A stretch of DNA of 64,000 nt from Candidatus Poseidoniaceae archaeon (GTDB lineage Archaea > Thermoplasmatota > Poseidoniia > Poseidoniales > Poseidoniaceae), in the NCBI GenBank assembly GCA_949372875.1, contig CASIAW010000006.1:4966-68965 (forward strand), in the 5' to 3' direction. Positions 1 to 10,800 of this stretch are shown here, in pieces (position 1 is the stretch's first letter; the number at the start of each line of letters is the position of its first letter). The notes under the pieces were generated by a model. That model saw nothing but the letters and a program-made list of their open reading frames with translations. It was not told where the DNA came from and made no database searches. Position numbers and translations under genes: made by a program.

Positions 1-2
1 TA

Positions 3-533
3 GGTGGGCATTGTATTCCAGTTGACCCGTATTACATGATTCAGCGAGCTGCCGATGTCGGCGTTCCTGCCGGCCTGATTACTGCAGCACGAGCCGTTAA
101 CCGTTCAATGCCAAGTCACGTTGCTGGGGTTTTGAGTGATTTGATGTGGAATGCTGGAGTTGCTGCAGGTGATGCTAAAGTGCTCTTGCTCGGTTGGTCC
201 TACAAGGCTGAAGTCGGTGATCCAAGAGAAACTCCAGCAGAACCTCTGGCTGAGACTTTGATGGCCAAAGGTATCACTGTCGGTGCTTGGGATCCACATT
301 TGGATGATGGAAGTTATCCAGAAGGTGTAGACGTCATTTCAAACATAACCGATGCGAAAGGATACGATATGGCGGTACTCGTCACTGCTCACAAAGCCTG
401 TCTTGCTTTGGATTGGGCTTCATTGGCTAAGCAAATGCGCACGCCTTTGATTTACGATGGCCGTCGAGTTTTGGATTTGGATGGACTCAAATCCAGTGGA
501 TGGAATGCCTTTGCAGTCGGCCGCCCAGTCTAA
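3..533 (+). CDS. UDP-N-acetylhexosamine/nucleotide-sugar dehydrogenase (WecC/WbpA/TviB family), C-terminal part, 5' truncated by window edge
   Basis: Frame from nt 3 reads GGHCIPVDPYY (catalytic Cys motif); later GWSYKAEVGDPRETP, AWDP, LVTAH and IYDGR motifs of the UDP-binding domain. Confidence 0.9.
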   Translation, partial: GGHCIPVDPYYMIQRAADVGVPAGLITAARAVNRSMPSHVAGVLSDLMWNAGVAAGDAKVLLLGWSYKAEVGDPRETPAEPLAETLMAKGITVGAWDPHLDDGSYPEGVDVISNITDAKGYDMAVLVTAHKACLALDWASLAKQMRTPLIYDGRRVLDLDGLKSSGWNAFAVGRPV

Positions 534-1763
534 TTACTGAGCGTTGATGTATGCAAGGACATCGTGTAGAACTTGTGCAATTGTTCGCATGTTCTCTTGG
601 CTTAAATGCGGTTGAAGTGACAAGTCGCATGCAAATTCGATATTAGCAATGGTGTCACCTAATTCTTCCTTGTGGGCTTCGACGTATTCCCATTGACGGT
701 AATCTCGAGCATTTCGCTTAGCGCCAAAAATCTGCATTGGAATGCCTTCCATCTTCATCACGTCGATGAATAAATCAGCTTTTTCACGTGAAAGTCCAAC
801 CAAGTGAAATTGCATGGTGTCGCAGAAACTGTCCACTTGAGGCAGTGGCATTGGAACTTCGATATTTTCATGTTCGCAAACAAGGCTGTGTAGGAGTTTC
901 CAATTCTCAACATGCACGTTCTTAATGTGCTCTAAGCGCTCGATTTGTGGCGTCAACATAGCCGCAGTTACTTCTTGCATTCGCATTGAATATCCGGGGA
1001 TTTGATTTTGAAGTCGGTCCATGATTTCGGCATCGAGATCATAATGCTTGGTCCACAATCGCTCGTAAGATCCTGCATACAGTGCAGCTTTTGCAGCGTG
1101 TTCATCGTCATTGGTGATGAAGAGTCCACCTTCTCCTGCACTCATTCCTTTGGAAGACTGAGTAGAGAAACATCCGATTTCACCAAAGGTTCCGAGTAAT
1201 TGGCCGTTCCATAATGTGGCATAGGCATGTGCACAATCTTCTATGAAAATGAGGTTGTGTTTCTTGACAACTTCCATGACAGCATCCATGTCGGGAACGT
1301 GCCCTCTCATGTAGGACATCAGCAGAACTTTTGCTCCAGTTTCCGTTGCTTTTCGATCAAGGTCGTCTGCATCCATGGCCCACTCACGGTTGCTTTCAAC
1401 CAAGACAGGAACAGCACGAGCATGATGAATCACTGAAGGAACTGCGTGAAAGGTGAAGGCATTGGTGAGGATTTTATCACCTGGTTCAACGCCAACAATA
1501 TTCAGAGCAATATACATTGCAGAGCCGCAGGAATTCGTCCCAATAGTATGCTTTACACCCATGTATTTGGAGAAATCCCGTTCAAGGTTTGCAGTGATGG
1601 ATTGTTCTTTCTTCTTGGGTTGGTATCGATACATAACACCTGCATTCATTGCGGATACCGCGAGGTCAATTCCTTCTTGAGGGATTGGTTTGAATGCTTT
1701 GTTGTTAAAATCAACAATGGATTCTCCACCGTCGATAACGAGCCTTCGCGAATTATGTTGCAT
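534..1763 (-). CDS. DegT/DnrJ/EryC1/StrS family PLP-dependent aminotransferase
   Basis: NSCGSA, GDKILTNAFTF, IEDCAHA, CFSTQSSKGMSAGEGG (PLP lysine), GYSMRM; start placed at ATG 1763 (ORF extends to 1805). Confidence 0.9.
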   Translation of the reverse strand: MQHNSRRLVIDGGESIVDFNNKAFKPIPQEGIDLAVSAMNAGVMYRYQPKKKEQSITANLERDFSKYMGVKHTIGTNSCGSAMYIALNIVGVEPGDKILTNAFTFHAVPSVIHHARAVPVLVESNREWAMDADDLDRKATETGAKVLLMSYMRGHVPDMDAVMEVVKKHNLIFIEDCAHAYATLWNGQLLGTFGEIGCFSTQSSKGMSAGEGGLFITNDDEHAAKAALYAGSYERLWTKHYDLDAEIMDRLQNQIPGYSMRMQEVTAAMLTPQIERLEHIKNVHVENWKLLHSLVCEHENIEVPMPLPQVDSFCDTMQFHLVGLSREKADLFIDVMKMEGIPMQIFGAKRNARDYRQWEYVEAHKEELGDTIANIEFACDLSLQPHLSQENMRTIAQVLHDVLAYINAQ

Positions 1764-1801
1764 CAAACCACCGAATTGAAGTCCGTATAAAAAACGCCTG
1801 T

Positions 1802-2122
1802 TCAAGCGCTGCGACCTGCGTCAAACATCTCTTGCAGACTACCATCTTGGAGCATCTCAAGAACAATGTCTGAGCCGCCAATAAGTTCGCCTTGCACAAA
1901 TATTTGGGGCATAGTCGGGAAGTCAGACCAAGCACAAACCGAAGGGATTGCTCGAGGGTCAGAGAGAATATTGACTGCTGCAAAAGGTTCGCCAAATGTC
2001 TGCATAGCTTGTGCTGCACGGTTTGAGAAACCGCACTGAGGGTCATTCGGTGTTCCTTTCATGAACAATACGAGTGAGTGTTCATCGACAATTGTTTGTA
2101 TTTCTTCAGGTGTCCAATTCAT
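1802..2122 (-). CDS. grxD: Monothiol glutaredoxin, Grx4/CGFS type
   Basis: LFMKGTP..PQCGFS active site, PTMPQIFVQGELIGGSDI. Confidence 0.93.
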   Translation of the reverse strand: MNWTPEEIQTIVDEHSLVLFMKGTPNDPQCGFSNRAAQAMQTFGEPFAAVNILSDPRAIPSVCAWSDFPTMPQIFVQGELIGGSDIVLEMLQDGSLQEMFDAGRSA

Positions 2123-2128
2123 TTTTCA

Positions 2129-2446
2129 TCATTCCTTGTTTTTCTCGATTCGGCGGATATGGACTCCTTGTCCACCGCCGTGTGGGTCAAATGCAGTATC
2201 ACCAGCAGTTTCTGCTTGAGTCGGCGTCATGCATTTGAGGTCGAGTGCGTGTATTGGGTGCGGGATGTGTTGCTTCATCACAGCGAGCACCATTTTTTGG
2301 CGTTGTAAGGGTCGCATTCCGTCAAAAGTTTCTGAAATAATGCGAACGTGAAAGTGGTCTCCTGAGCGATGTAAATCGATCACTTCGACCGTTGCATCAG
2401 GTACTGCTTTGAGAACTTCAGCCTCAATCCATTCGGTTCCAACCAT
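2129..2446 (-). CDS. bolA: BolA/IbaG family protein
   Basis: GDHFHVRIISETFDGM..LQRQKMV..IHALDLKCMTP signature; directly upstream of the CGFS glutaredoxin. Confidence 0.92.
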   Translation of the reverse strand: MVGTEWIEAEVLKAVPDATVEVIDLHRSGDHFHVRIISETFDGMRPLQRQKMVLAVMKQHIPHPIHALDLKCMTPTQAETAGDTAFDPHGGGQGVHIRRIEKNKE

Positions 2447-2538
2447 TGGTACGCCTCAACCCATCGGTAGATGGAGTTGGCTTTGAACCTGCGCGTTCTC
2501 ATCCGATGCTTCAAGGAGCGAGAACATAACCCGTGTGT

Positions 2539-4041
2539 ATGGAGGGGGCCCATATCGCCAAGAGCCGCTTACCTCAGATGGGGAGAGATTCGGCTTGGCT
2601 TGCAGGTGCTGATTTAGTAGCGGTTTTCCTCGCACTCTTTGGCCAAGTTGTTCTCACTCGCGCATTGTGGACAGAATCTTATGGGCTCTACATCATTGCC
2701 CTGGATGTTTTTGCTACTTTGTTCTTAGTGATTGATTTAGGTCTACCCACTCTTCTTGCCCGTGATGGCCCCAATGCTCCGCACAGGATTTGGCCCTCGA
2801 TTTTACGAATTTACAATCTTCAATTCAAAGCCGCAATTCCGTTTCTTTTGCTCGCCATCGTGCTCTCTCCATCCATCGATTCCAATTGGACTTCACACCT
2901 CCCAGTGATGTCTATTTGTGCTCTAATTGCCCTCACGCACATCGCCTCGTATGCACCACGCTCTGGCCTTCGAGCAGCTGGAGAGGCTCGACTTGAGGCA
3001 TGGACCAAAGTTTTGGAACGAGCGGTGACCACAGCAGCCTATCTTTCTCTCTATGCTCTAGGCATTACCAGCGTGGTTGGTTATGCATCTGCTTTTTTAT
3101 TCGGAGCACTTTCTGGATTTATTCTCGCTCTTTGGTGGGTGAGGCGCACTGTGCGAATCTATGACGGTAAACAAGGGGATCAAGGAGACTTAGGAGACGA
3201 TTGGACCGATAATCGAACCTTGATGCTCCAAGCTCTGCCTTTTGCAATTACACTCGGAGTACTACCATACGTCGTGCGGATAGAGAAGTTCATCATCGGT
3301 TTTGAGATGGGTGTTGATTCAGCCGCTTTATTCCACGTTGCTCAGTTAGCCTGGTTGGCTGGATTAGTGGTTCCTCAAGCCTTGCGGGCAGCTCTGTTAC
3401 CTGTACTTGGTAAAGCCCGATTTTCACCTTCTCACTTTAGAAGTGAAATGAATGCATCATTGGATATTTGTTTTGGATTATTGCCCATAGGAATTTTTGC
3501 AGGAGCGTTCATTGTCAAGGCGTTCCTACCCTTTGCATTCCCATCGCAATACACCGATGGTTCACTTGGAGCATCAGCGGTGGATTTGTTTATGGTTTTG
3601 TTACTGGGATGGTGTTTCACTTTACTGGCTACCCCTACTTATACTGCCTTACAAGCGGGTCTACGGCCTTGGAGATTTACCTTTTTCATCAGCGTAGTCG
3701 TTCTTTTTGCAGCGCTTCTCGGCTTCTTCCTCATCGGCTGGCAAGCACCTTTGGGTGAGCGTCAGGGATTGTATGCTGCAGCACTTGCCTCGACCCTTTC
3801 AGCAGCATTTGCATTGTTGCTTTCTATTCATCTTAGCGACTCTTGGAATTTCTTTTTTGAGCGCTCGAAGGAGTGGGTTATCGCTCTTGCATGTATGTCC
3901 TTAGCCTGTTACGGCCTCTCTTCCAAAACATGGCTCGCTGTTACAGGCGTGCTGTTGTTTGGTTTTCTTCCACAAGCTCTGCGAGCAGTTGGTTCCACTG
4001 TTGGACAAAAGCCTCTTCCGAAAAGTGCTGAGGCAGAGTGA
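2539..4041 (+). CDS. Oligosaccharide flippase (Wzx/MOP superfamily)
   Basis: About 12-14 hydrophobic segments, LTRAL..ESYG and DLGL..LLAR motifs; next to a glycosyltransferase; start uncertain (2533/2539/2578). Confidence 0.8.
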   Translation: MEGAHIAKSRLPQMGRDSAWLAGADLVAVFLALFGQVVLTRALWTESYGLYIIALDVFATLFLVIDLGLPTLLARDGPNAPHRIWPSILRIYNLQFKAAIPFLLLAIVLSPSIDSNWTSHLPVMSICALIALTHIASYAPRSGLRAAGEARLEAWTKVLERAVTTAAYLSLYALGITSVVGYASAFLFGALSGFILALWWVRRTVRIYDGKQGDQGDLGDDWTDNRTLMLQALPFAITLGVLPYVVRIEKFIIGFEMGVDSAALFHVAQLAWLAGLVVPQALRAALLPVLGKARFSPSHFRSEMNASLDICFGLLPIGIFAGAFIVKAFLPFAFPSQYTDGSLGASAVDLFMVLLLGWCFTLLATPTYTALQAGLRPWRFTFFISVVVLFAALLGFFLIGWQAPLGERQGLYAAALASTLSAAFALLLSIHLSDSWNFFFERSKEWVIALACMSLACYGLSSKTWLAVTGVLLFGFLPQALRAVGSTVGQKPLPKSAEAE

Positions 4042-5062
4042 AGTTTTCTACCCACTGATGCTTCAGCGTTTTTTCACACGCATCGGCGAGTAATGTTGCA
4101 TCATAGGAGTCCACCACGCAGCCCTCCGGCAAATATGTTGCAACATCTCCGACATTGACCGAAACAACTGGCGTTCCGCATGCCATTGACTCTCGAGCAA
4201 CCAGAGGCCCAGATTCACGCTTTGATGTAATGAGGGTGAGGTCAGCAACCAACATCCGGTCCCAGACAATCGAGCGAGGTTGTATCTTTAGGGTCGTCAT
4301 CCCCACAATCCAGCCCCGTTGCTCTAGAATTTCTCCGGCCTGAAGGGCGAGCAAGTGATTTTTCTCTGGACGACGTGGGTCAGATGGGAATAAAATGTCA
4401 ATTCTGTCCTTTCTCCACCGGCCTTTCCAAGGTTTAATTGGTTGAAGCCATTCATCTTCTACAGCACAATGGCAAGGTATCATAGTGAGTTTTTCAGTAG
4501 CGATGTCAATACCTCGAGCGATGTCAAACAACCGCTGTGAAACCACCACGAGTCGATTCGCTTGGTGCGCTGAATGTTTTGTGGTTTTGGCAAGTGTTGG
4601 ATGGTTGATGCCAACATCAAAATCATACCCATGAACGACCCCTGCCCAGGGTACTTTCAGTCTCTTCGCAAGTGTTTCTGCTAAGATGGCAACAGGCCAA
4701 AGAGTATGGCATATAATGACTTCAGGTTTCCAATCTCCAAGCCAAGATTCGACCTTTTTGGCCTTTCTACGTACACTTTGAGCGGTGAAGTTAGGCCAGG
4801 GGTGCTCGGGTAAAGCAGTAAACCGAGGTGTGAAAACCGCAACTCCGCCGTGATCGAATTCTCTTGGTGCTCGTGCTGTTCCGGTGAGTGTTGAGCGTCG
4901 CGCTTCTTGGTATCGCATCATTCGTGGCAAGGGATTCACGACTCGGACTTCATGTCCATCTTTTATCAGCGCCTGAACATGGTCAGCGACAAACGTACCT
5001 CTCGCTACATTGCCCGGTAATGGGTAGAGCAAAGAAACCACAAGGATTTTCATTTCATTCAC
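3941..5062 (-). CDS. Glycosyltransferase family 4 (GT-B)
   Basis: KILVVSLLYP N-terminus, VVHGYD, EKNH, ESGPLVARESMACGTPVVSVNVGD (ExxxxxxxE motif); 3' end overlaps the flippase 3' end. Confidence 0.88.
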   Translation of the reverse strand: MNEMKILVVSLLYPLPGNVARGTFVADHVQALIKDGHEVRVVNPLPRMMRYQEARRSTLTGTARAPREFDHGGVAVFTPRFTALPEHPWPNFTAQSVRRKAKKVESWLGDWKPEVIICHTLWPVAILAETLAKRLKVPWAGVVHGYDFDVGINHPTLAKTTKHSAHQANRLVVVSQRLFDIARGIDIATEKLTMIPCHCAVEDEWLQPIKPWKGRWRKDRIDILFPSDPRRPEKNHLLALQAGEILEQRGWIVGMTTLKIQPRSIVWDRMLVADLTLITSKRESGPLVARESMACGTPVVSVNVGDVATYLPEGCVVDSYDATLLADACEKTLKHQWVENFTLPQHFSEEAFVQQWNQLLAELVEENQTTARL

Positions 5063-5067
5063 TCGAA

Positions 5068-5757
5068 TTATTGTTGAAGTGCCGTTTGGATGACTTCAAG
5101 GTTCTCTTGAACGCTTGCTTTGTCATTGAACAGGCCAGAGCCAACGACGCAATTCGTCACGCCCCAGTCTCGCAGCATAGCGATATTATGGGCCTTAACA
5201 CCGCCATCGATTTGAATCTGAACCGGCCGGCCGCCATCTGCTACTTGTGCATCAATTGCTTCTTTGAGGCGCCTTACTTTCCGTTCCACGGCAGGAATAA
5301 ACGATTGTCCTCCAAATCCGGGATTAACGCTCATGACCAAAACCAAATCGAGTTCAGATAAGACCTCAAGCGCAGCATCAACAGGTGTTCCGGGGTTGAG
5401 GACAACACCAACACCTGCTCCGGCCTCTCGTATGGCGGTGACCAATCGATGCAAATGGGTGGCAGCCTCGACATGAACTGAAAGGTGATTGCACCCAGCA
5501 TCGATGTAATCTTGGAAGCAACTTTCAGCATTTGAAATCATCAAATGAGCATCAAAAACAGGGCCATCGCCAAGGGCTTTTCGAAGAGATTTGATGACGG
5601 GTGGGCCGAACGTAAGGTTTGGTACATAGTTCCCATCCATGACATCAAGGTGAAGCCAATCCAGTCCGCTGTCTACCGCTTTCTGGCATGAACGGGCAAG
5701 GTCTGCGAGGTCTGCAGTAAGGACGCTTGGTGCGATGATCATTGTTCTCCCCAACAT
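5068..5757 (-). CDS. rpe: Ribulose-phosphate 3-epimerase
   Basis: IAPSVL, HLDVMDGNYVPNLTFG, DAHLMI, VMSVNPGFGGQ, QIDGGV. Confidence 0.97.
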   Translation of the reverse strand: MLGRTMIIAPSVLTADLADLARSCQKAVDSGLDWLHLDVMDGNYVPNLTFGPPVIKSLRKALGDGPVFDAHLMISNAESCFQDYIDAGCNHLSVHVEAATHLHRLVTAIREAGAGVGVVLNPGTPVDAALEVLSELDLVLVMSVNPGFGGQSFIPAVERKVRRLKEAIDAQVADGGRPVQIQIDGGVKAHNIAMLRDWGVTNCVVGSGLFNDKASVQENLEVIQTALQQ

Positions 5758-5859
5758 TGGCCAAACCTACCTTTGGCATGAGCGTTTCGTTCTCATTTCG
5801 TCAATCTTTTCAGTACAAAGCCTCATAATGTGCACGCATGAGGCTTCTTTGGTGCGACA

Positions 5860-6189
5860 ATGGGTGAAGTAAGAGCAGTCACTGACGGTGAATTTGAATC
5901 AACAGTAAAAGACAACGGATGGGTTCTCGTTGATTTTTGGGCAGCATGGTGTGGACCTTGTAAAGCGATTGCACCTGTTCTCGAACAAGTCGCAGGTGAA
6001 CGTGAATTGCTGGTTGCGAAAGTCGACACCGATTCAAACCCAATGAATGCAGGACGCCTTGGTGTTCGCGGCATCCCAGCGCTTTTCCTTTTCAATAACG
6101 GTAACTTGGTCAGCCAAAAGAGCGGCGCCATGCCAAAACCACAATTGTTGAAGTGGATTGACGAGCACATGAACGCAGATGATTTCTAA
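5860..6189 (+). CDS. trxA: Thioredoxin
   Basis: VLVDFWAAWCGPCK, cis-Pro GIP motif, 109 aa. Confidence 0.97.
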   Translation: MGEVRAVTDGEFESTVKDNGWVLVDFWAAWCGPCKAIAPVLEQVAGERELLVAKVDTDSNPMNAGRLGVRGIPALFLFNNGNLVSQKSGAMPKPQLLKWIDEHMNADDF

Positions 6190-6190
6190 A

Positions 6191-7741
6191 TCACTTGAGG
6201 CGTTTCTTTCGGTTTTCTTTTTTCGACCCTACATCGCGTAGTAATCTTTCACGCAATGCTTCATGAAGCCACATTCCTTCATCTAAGTCGAGAAGTAATC
6301 CGTGTTTAACCAAATTCTCTGGAGGAGTCCCTTCCCAGTTGACCGCAGCAGCAATCTTCTCCCACGCTACCGGTTTCTCAGCAATAGCAAGCGTAGAGAG
6401 CAACTCGTACTCAGCTTCTGGCAAACCAGTCAATATCTCTTCATCCAGGAACCTTAACCAATCCTCATGAGTGGCTTGTCCGTAAAGTTCGAGCAATTCT
6501 AAGGCCAGTGGATGACCCCCCGTTGCTGCATGCACCTCATCAACGCCGACGGTTGGAGAGTGTTCTAATTGGCTGAGCCAGTTCTTGGTGTCTTCAAGTG
6601 ATAATCCGCTCAAAGGCATTTCACGAACAACCCCACGCGTGTGTACGTCTCTTCGATCATAAATCCGAAGTGTTGTACGAGAAATAAACAGTAATCGAAG
6701 AGGGGTCTTGAGCGATATTTGCAAAAGTGCGCCAAGTAAATCCTTGGCATTTTCTTCCATATGATGGACGTCATCCAAGACGATGAGCCAATATGGAGGT
6801 GGGCCACCAGCCTCGTTTTTGTATCGTTCTCGAATGGTCCGTGCATCCGTGAGATACGAGAGTAATCTACGCCTCCATGTGTCAACATCCACGCTCCCTC
6901 CCGGAGTCAATGGAAGTGTTTCGATGAGATTGTAAGGGTCGTGAGATTCGTCAATTCCAAACCGGTGAAGCAGGCTTGTTGCTAATCCGAGAGAACGATC
7001 CCAGGGCTGACATGGGTACCAGCAAATCGAGAGATAAGGGTCCTCTTCAATCCGCTGCTCGAGCCAATGAGCCACTAAAGTTGATTTCCCGATACCTGCA
7101 ATTCCATGAACGACAGCACATGGCTTGCGCTCATCAAACCAATCGTGAAGTGCTTGCAATTCTTCTGTTCGTCCGTGGACAGGGCGCGTAATGGGCGGTT
7201 TGTTGTGATAGGTAGCATGTGCTCCAGTCATCGGTGTGAGCCGTCCAGGCTCAGGAATCTTTGAGTCACTTTTCTTACTGATGACGCCAAACCGGATGTC
7301 TCCGAATGTCAAAACTCCCTCATGCTGGGCATGGAGCAGTACTTGCAAAAGTGTAATGTCTGCCGCAAGGCGTACGGGTGCTTCACTTGCTTCGACTTCC
7401 AATAATTCGCCTTCATTGTTTCTTAACAGGACCTTTGTAGCACCGAGCTCCTTTGTCAGTTTTTGAGCAGATTCTTTTCCCAGTTGAGTGAGTTGCCATG
7501 TCTTTTGGCGTCTGTCTTCTCCGCGAATGGAACGTGTGTGCTCTGTGACAACTTGTTCTCGAAGTAAAGCCTTCATCGCTCGGCTCACGTTTGGAGGGTG
7601 CTGAGCGCACGCTTCGGCAATTCCTGGTCGAGTGAGTTCAGGTCCAACCACATAGCGGTCTGCTTGCTCGACATGTTCGGCCAAATGGAGCATGACGCGG
7701 TCTTGGACAGCGATACTGACCTTTGGCAAGCCTGCGCTCAT
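6191..7741 (-). CDS. Winged-helix plus STAND-class (NB-ARC/MalT-like) P-loop NTPase
   Basis: N-terminal wHTH (TRPGIAEACAQHPPNVSRAMKAL...WQLTQLG), VHGR, Walker A GIAGIGKS, Walker B LIVLDD, ISR sensor, TGGHPLAL GxP motif, terminal LHEALRE. Confidence 0.8.
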   Translation of the reverse strand: MSAGLPKVSIAVQDRVMLHLAEHVEQADRYVVGPELTRPGIAEACAQHPPNVSRAMKALLREQVVTEHTRSIRGEDRRQKTWQLTQLGKESAQKLTKELGATKVLLRNNEGELLEVEASEAPVRLAADITLLQVLLHAQHEGVLTFGDIRFGVISKKSDSKIPEPGRLTPMTGAHATYHNKPPITRPVHGRTEELQALHDWFDERKPCAVVHGIAGIGKSTLVAHWLEQRIEEDPYLSICWYPCQPWDRSLGLATSLLHRFGIDESHDPYNLIETLPLTPGGSVDVDTWRRRLLSYLTDARTIRERYKNEAGGPPPYWLIVLDDVHHMEENAKDLLGALLQISLKTPLRLLFISRTTLRIYDRRDVHTRGVVREMPLSGLSLEDTKNWLSQLEHSPTVGVDEVHAATGGHPLALELLELYGQATHEDWLRFLDEEILTGLPEAEYELLSTLAIAEKPVAWEKIAAAVNWEGTPPENLVKHGLLLDLDEGMWLHEALRERLLRDVGSKKENRKKRLK

Positions 7742-7872
7742 ACCATCGCTAAGATGCGTTCTCTCTCAATGCTTTCGCTGAAATGAAATCACAAAATACG
7801 CCATCGAGAGAGAATATATCGAATCACACTACACTTTTTGATTACACAGTTATACCATAACCCCTTTTAGGT

Positions 7873-10800
7873 ATGAACGGTCCCCTAATCATGGATTCTG
7901 CGCGCAGAGGCTTGTTACTGGTATCCTTGATGCTCATCATGGCATTGTCACCTTTGGTCACTGCTGCTGATTCTGATGGCGATGGCGTCGATGATTCAGT
8001 CGATGATTGCCGATGGGCAGCAGGGACTTCAACCATTGACAAAAACGGTTGCCCGGACCGTGATGGTGACGGATATTCAGACTTGAGCGATTCGTGGTCG
8101 ATTACCAACCCGAACTTCCAAAACGAGTATACGACCACTTCCAATAATGATTATCACGATGTTGATTTCTCTCCAGACGGGCAGTTTATCGTCACTGGTT
8201 CCGAAGACACCTTTGTCCGGTTATGGAACGCAACCACGCACATCAACCTCAAGTCTGTTGTAACCTCGGGAGAAGTCACATCAGTATCTTATTCACCCGA
8301 TGGCATGTATATCGCAGCCGGTATCGATGACGATACGATGCACATTTACTATTCCAGTAACTTGACCTCCGTTTACGGTGCAATCAGTGTTGATGTCGGT
8401 AGTGGAGATTATGTCAATGATGTGGAGTTCTCTCCAGACAGTGGACTAGTAGCCGTTTCAATCGGCCGCTCAGGTAACTCTGGAACCAACGGTCAAGTCT
8501 TCATCATCGATGTTTCTAACGGTCAAAAGGTCGGTAACGGAATGAATCCAAACAGCGAAGGTCGATTCTATGATGCTGCTTTTTCACCAACTGGGGAATT
8601 GATCGCACTTGCGAGTAATGATGACTTTTACATCGTTAACGTTTCTTCTCGAGCAACGGTCTACAGTATTTCTGACCCACCTGCTGCAGTCAATGCAATT
8701 GCATGGTCACCAGATGGTAACTATATCGCAATGTGTGGCGGATGGGAAGGTAATGGTGCGAGTTTCGATATGTTTGAGTTCACTGGTTCCTCGTGGTCTC
8801 GAATATGGCAAAAGTCAACTTCAACTTCATGCGCATCAACTGATTTCTCCTATGATGGCTCTCAAGTTGTTGTTGGAATGTATTGGTATGGGACAGATGG
8901 AAACACAGCACGAGTTTTTGCTTCTGACACTGGGGTTCAAATCGACTCGTTCGCTGGCCCTCGTCCTGGCAGTTGCTCTTCAGGAAACAACAACAATTGC
9001 GGCCAAATGGAAGGAATTACTTGGAGCCCCGATAGCACAAAAATTGTTTCAGCACACGGACGTGGCGATGAAGGCGTTTACTACTGGTTCGCGGATATTG
9101 ATGAAGACAACGACGGCTACAACACGACTGACCAAGGCGATGGTTTAGTCGATGCATTCCCGAGCGAAGGTTCGCAATGGAACGATACCGATAACGATGG
9201 TTTCGGAGACAATCCTGCTCCAGCATTCCAACCTGATGCTTGCATCACCGTGGCAGGAACATCCACCCAAGATCGATTTGGATGCCCTGATGCAGATGGC
9301 GATGGATGGTCTGATGACGGAGACTTATACCCTGCAAACCCTCTTCAATGGGCAGATTCTGATGGCGATGGCTATGGGGACAATTACTACTTTGATTTGA
9401 ACGGTGCTCAACTTCACATGAATCAAACTGGAGATGCTTTCCCTGACGATGCTACGCAATGGAACGATACCGATGGTGATGAGCGAGGCGATAATTATCA
9501 AAATGCTTCGTGGGATAATTTCCGGGCACCAGAATGGCCAGGACAGTTACTCTCTGTCGCAACCAATGTCGATGTGTTCCCTCTTGACCGAACACAGTGG
9601 TCAGATGCTGATGGCGATTGGGTCGGCGATGAGCAGATGAGCGACCGAGCTGATGGCTGTCCTACAATTTGGGGCAATTCACAATTCGACAGACTTGGTT
9701 GTCTTGACACCGATGGTGATGGATGGTCTGATCCTGACGCTGGATGGCCTGCAACGGCCGATTGCTATGGAGCAGACGCTTTCCCAAATGACCCGACACA
9801 ATGGTGTGACGAAGATAACGACGGCTATGGAAGTAACCAAACTGGAAACAATGCTGACGAATGTCCAAATCAGGCAGGAACCTCGTTTGAAGACCGAATC
9901 GGTTGCGCTGACCGAGACGGTGATGGATACTCTAACGCAGGGGACCCGTTCCCTGATGACAGCACTCAATGGGCTGACCGGGACGGAGACAACCGCGGTG
10001 ACAACCCAAATGGTTCCAATGCTGATATCTTCCCTGATGATGCATCCCAATGGAAAGATACCGATGGTGACGGTTATGGTGATAACCAAGGTGGATTTAA
10101 CGGCGATGCATTCCCATACGACGCCTCACAGTGGGACGATACCGATGGCGATGGCTATGGTGATAATTTCGTTGATGAAGACGGCGATGGCGTTTCTGAA
10201 GGTTCCTCTGATGTATGCCCGCTTGTTTCCGGGAACTCAAACGATCCTGAAACGCGAGGGTGCACAGATTCGGACAGCGATGGATATGTAGATCCTGTCG
10301 ATGTATTCCCAACCGATCCATTCCAGTGGGCAGATGCAGATGGTGACGGTTTTGGAGATAACACCGCAGTTCCAAGTGGAGACGACTGTGTAGACGTCTA
10401 CGGAAAATCCTTCGAAAACAATCGCCATGGATGCCCCGATGCTGACTTTGACGGTTGGGCTGATGTTGATGATGTGTTCCCGAACGATACTCTTCAATGG
10501 AAAGATACCGATGGTGATGGCTGGGGAGATAATTACGCTTGGTTTAATGACACTATCCAAGACCTTGATAATCCTGGTGAATCGTTCATCATTCGTAACC
10601 AATCAGGCGATGCTTTCCCAACCATTGTCGACCAGTGGTCGGACATGGATGGCGACGGATGGGGTGACAACCAAACCAGTTTCTATCAGCCGGATGCGTT
10701 CCCATTCGAACCTTCACAATGGAATGATTTTGACGGTGACGGTTACGGCGATAACAGCGTGTATGACCCTGACGGTGAAGAGGGTCCATTTGGACCTGAA

